From the IMG/VR virus record IMGVR_UViG_3300037467_003083, positions 1-36,833 of that record: DNA of 36,833 nt; one strand, 5' to 3'. The notes below the pieces were generated by a model, which was given only the letters and a program-made list of their open reading frames with translations, did no database searches and was not told the origin of the DNA. Made by a program: the position numbers and the translations under genes. How positions within the stretch are numbered: the first letter of the stretch is position 1; each line of letters begins with the position of its first letter. Shown piece by piece: positions 34,625 through 36,833 of the stretch. The stretch comes from a virus (Duplodnaviria; Caudoviricetes).

Positions 34625-34646
34625 TGTGCTCAGCAGGCATGAATAG

Positions 34647-34674
34647 GTGACATTCGCCTGTCTTTCTCTATGCT
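34647..34674 (+). promoter_or_regulatory. putative moron promoter
   Basis: GTGACA-N16-TATGCT upstream of the methyltransferase. Confidence 0.45.
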
Positions 34675-34707
34675 CCCCAACTCTACAAACTGGGGAGATT
34701 CCAGCAA

Positions 34708-35367
34708 ATGTCGTTGTGGTCACTGTTCCTGAACCACCAGGGGCGCGTAATCCATAAATGGAAACATTACTTTCCTGCTTATGAAAGGCACTTTTCCCGG
34801 TTTGTTAACCAGCCGGTGACCTTTATCGAGATCGGTTGTGGCGACGGCGGTTCCCTTCAACTGTGGAAGCAGTATCTGGGACCGTTCGCTACGATCATCG
34901 GAATAGACATCCGACCGGAATGCAAGGAATTCGAGGAAGACCAGATCCATGTCAGGATTGGTGATCAGTCAGACTGGAAGTTTCTGAAGAGCATTATCGA
35001 CGAATTCGGCCAGCCTGATGTGGTGCTCGATGATGGCAGCCACATTATGGATCATGTGAACATGTCGTTCTCAAGCCTATACCATCAGGTGGCGCCGAAC
35101 GGAGTCTACTTCGTCGAGGATCTGCACACCGCCTATTGGAAGGAATTCGGCGGCGGCCTCAAACGGTCCGGCAGCTTCATCGAAATAGTGAAAGACCGTA
35201 TCGACACCCTCAATGCGGATCATACTCGCGGCGAGGTGCAGGTAACCGACTTCACCAGAACCACACAGTCGATGCACATCTACGACAGCATCGTGGTGTT
35301 CGAAAAAGGCTCGGTTGGCGAAAAGGCTGCCGTGCGTGTTGGCGGTACCAAGCTCAAACTGACCTGA
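34708..35367 (+). CDS. class I SAM-dependent methyltransferase (sugar O-methyltransferase-like)
   Basis: HKW.HY..Y, IEIG..DGGS, IGIDI, GDQSD, VVLDDGSH and YFVEDLHT motifs, as in MycE/TylE-like enzymes. Confidence 0.88.
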   Translation: MSLWSLFLNHQGRVIHKWKHYFPAYERHFSRFVNQPVTFIEIGCGDGGSLQLWKQYLGPFATIIGIDIRPECKEFEEDQIHVRIGDQSDWKFLKSIIDEFGQPDVVLDDGSHIMDHVNMSFSSLYHQVAPNGVYFVEDLHTAYWKEFGGGLKRSGSFIEIVKDRIDTLNADHTRGEVQVTDFTRTTQSMHIYDSIVVFEKGSVGEKAAVRVGGTKLKLT

Positions 35368-35394
35368 CCTGACTTTCTTATAGAGACGTCCACC

Positions 35395-35423
35395 AAGCCC
35401 CGGTTCGCCGGGGCTTTTTCTTT
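35395..35423 (+). terminator. intrinsic terminator
   Basis: AAGCCCCGG-TTCG-CCGGGGCTT-TTTCTTT. Confidence 0.88.
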
Positions 35424-35434
35424 GGAGCCTACCC

Positions 35435-35593
35435 ATGTTCCGAACCCTGATTCTCGGGGCGCTTTCGCTCGCCCTGATGTCCTGCGCCTCGATCTGCTAC
35501 TCGCCCTCGAATTGCGGATGGCGAAGCACGAGCGGCGACATGTCCAGCCGCGATGCTGCTGCCCTGTCCAAGATGATCGGGGGTGGCAAATGA
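35435..35593 (+). CDS. small lipoprotein (52 aa)
   Basis: GGAG SD; MFRTLILGALSLALMS-C lipobox; ATGA overlap with the endolysin. Confidence 0.65.
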   Translation: MFRTLILGALSLALMSCASICYSPSNCGWRSTSGDMSSRDAAALSKMIGGGK

Positions 35594-36036
35594 AGACCAC
35601 CGATCAAGGCCGGAAGAAAATCCAGCAGCGCGAAGGCGTGAAGCTTGAGGCCTACCGCGATTCTGTTGGTGTTCTCACCATTGGGGTCGGGCACACCTCC
35701 ATGGCTGGGCCGCCTACCGTAAAGCCTGGCATGAAGATCACAGCAGCCGAGGCCGATGAGATCCTGTCCCGCGATCTGGGCCAGTTCGAAGTGGCAGTGA
35801 ACAAGCTCGTCCATGTTCCGCTAGCCCCCAATGAGTTCGACGCTCTGGTGTCGCTCGCCTTCAATATCGGTGTGGGCAACTTCGGTGGGTCGACCCTGCT
35901 TCGTCGCCTTAACGCTGGCGACAAGGCCGGCGCCGCAAATGCCTTCCTGTCTTGGGTGAAGGCCGGCGGCAAAACCCTGAAAGGGCTCGTCAATCGCAGG
36001 CAGGATGAGCGCAAGCAATTCCTGACGGCCTACTGA
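35590..36036 (+). CDS. endolysin, GH24 phage lysozyme
   Basis: Start MKTTDQG; REG..EAYRD.VGVLTIG.GHT (E-D-T triad), FDALVSLAFNIG, GLVNRR..E; no SAR segment. Confidence 0.95.
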   Translation: MKTTDQGRKKIQQREGVKLEAYRDSVGVLTIGVGHTSMAGPPTVKPGMKITAAEADEILSRDLGQFEVAVNKLVHVPLAPNEFDALVSLAFNIGVGNFGGSTLLRRLNAGDKAGAANAFLSWVKAGGKTLKGLVNRRQDERKQFLTAY

Positions 36037-36107
36037 TGGACATCCTCATAGGCCTCGCTATCGTCGGCATCGTGTTCTGGATCATCGTCAGGCACGTCAA
36101 CGTCTAA
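36036..36107 (+). CDS. single-TM micropeptide (23 aa)
   Basis: TGATG overlap; MDILIGLAIVGIVFWIIVRHVNV. Confidence 0.5.
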   Translation: MDILIGLAIVGIVFWIIVRHVNV

Positions 36108-36140
36108 CTACTCTCCCTTCCCCAACAACGGACCCTCCAC

Positions 36141-36599
36141 ATGAAACTCCGCGCATTCGCTGCAGCGGCGCTGATGGCGCTCGCCTTGGTCTCGTGCAGC
36201 ACCATCAACAATATCGGCAGCGCGATCGACGTCGTTCAGGGCGTCAAGATCAACCAGAACCAGCTCAACGCCATGGTCGCTTCGTACGATACCGTCGTGC
36301 TGCGCCCCTACAACGTCTACCGCTACAGCGACGCCAATTACACGGTGCCGCGGCGATACTGCACCAAGTCAGAACCCTTCACCGTCGCGAGCCCCTGCGC
36401 GAAATATTCGATCCTTGTGCAGATCCAGCCGATTCTGAAGGCGGTCGATGACGCGCACAAGGACCTGCAGGGCATCGTCACCGCCTGCAATTCCAACGGC
36501 GACCAGACCGCATGCACAGGCATGCAGGCAGCTATCGCGGCATTCAACTCTGCCGTGAGCATCGCGAAGACAGCTCTCAAGCAATATGGAGTAATCTAA
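36141..36599 (+). CDS. lysis-region lipoprotein
   Basis: MKLRAFAAAALMALALVS-C lipobox; two further Cys pairs; amphipathic C-terminal helix. Confidence 0.8.
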   Translation: MKLRAFAAAALMALALVSCSTINNIGSAIDVVQGVKINQNQLNAMVASYDTVVLRPYNVYRYSDANYTVPRRYCTKSEPFTVASPCAKYSILVQIQPILKAVDDAHKDLQGIVTACNSNGDQTACTGMQAAIAAFNSAVSIAKTALKQYGVI

Positions 36600-36833
36600 G
36601 TGGATCCCGCAACCATTTCGTCATGGCTGACCCTGATCGCTCAGGTGATCAGTCTTCTCATCCAGGCCGGCGCCTCGGTGATCGACATGATGCCGTACGT
36701 GACGATGTTCTTCAAAATCGTCAATGGCACCCCTCTCACCCCTGAAGAAGAAGCGGATCTGAATGCCAAGCACGCCGCGCTCACTGCTGCTGCCCTGGCC
36801 CCGCTGCCCGCTCCCCCGGAGGATGCAACATGA
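36600..36833 (+). CDS. lysis-region hydrophobic/amphipathic protein
   Basis: GGAG SD, GTG start; ISSWLTLIAQVISLLIQAG. Confidence 0.7.
   Translation: MDPATISSWLTLIAQVISLLIQAGASVIDMMPYVTMFFKIVNGTPLTPEEEADLNAKHAALTAAALAPLPAPPEDAT

Noticed and set aside
34708-35367. DNA methyltransferase or restriction-modification gene
   Set aside because: No DPPY/NPPY or PC catalytic motif; DDGSH and EDL motifs point to small-molecule/sugar O-methyltransferases
1-36833. CRISPR array, IS element, diversity-generating retroelement, invertible fiber cassette, integrase/att
   Set aside because: By eye, no repeat-spacer array, transposase, reverse transcriptase, invertase or integrase motifs; a formal repeat search was not possible

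Overview
The whole window is a near-complete temperate podovirus-type phage or prophage, most likely of an alphaproteobacterial (Hyphomicrobiales-like) host, judged by high GC, a GapR/DUF2312 homolog and an RcGTA-type spike-base gene. The left half is lambdoid. It holds a leftward early operon (HNH, DUF1367-like, Rad52/Sak annealase, Gp157), then a cI/cro switch with visible operators and twin promoters, then a rightward early operon (HTH/HNH-like/AP2 protein, CII-position regulator, GapR, RusA, O/P-like replication genes, Q-position regulator). A structured RNA island follows, with a tRNA-Met(CAU) and a tRNA mimic. The late operon is a short-tailed (T7/APSE/epsilon15-like) virion module: TerS/TerL, portal, scaffold, capsid, head fiber, spike base, adaptor, nozzle, three ejection proteins, fiber anchor and tailspike. 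It ends with morons and a lysis region. No integrase, att site or clear holin lies in the window. The most unusual signals are: (1) a beta-helix tailspike with a textbook Sec signal peptide and 14 Cys, coupled to a stub fiber anchor and followed by a glycan O-methyltransferase moron; (2) a tRNA-elbow mimic with a switchable insert, directly after an initiator tRNA with atypical identity elements; (3) C-terminal Ala-Ala ends on many early proteins. All family assignments come from motif recognition by eye; no searches were run.
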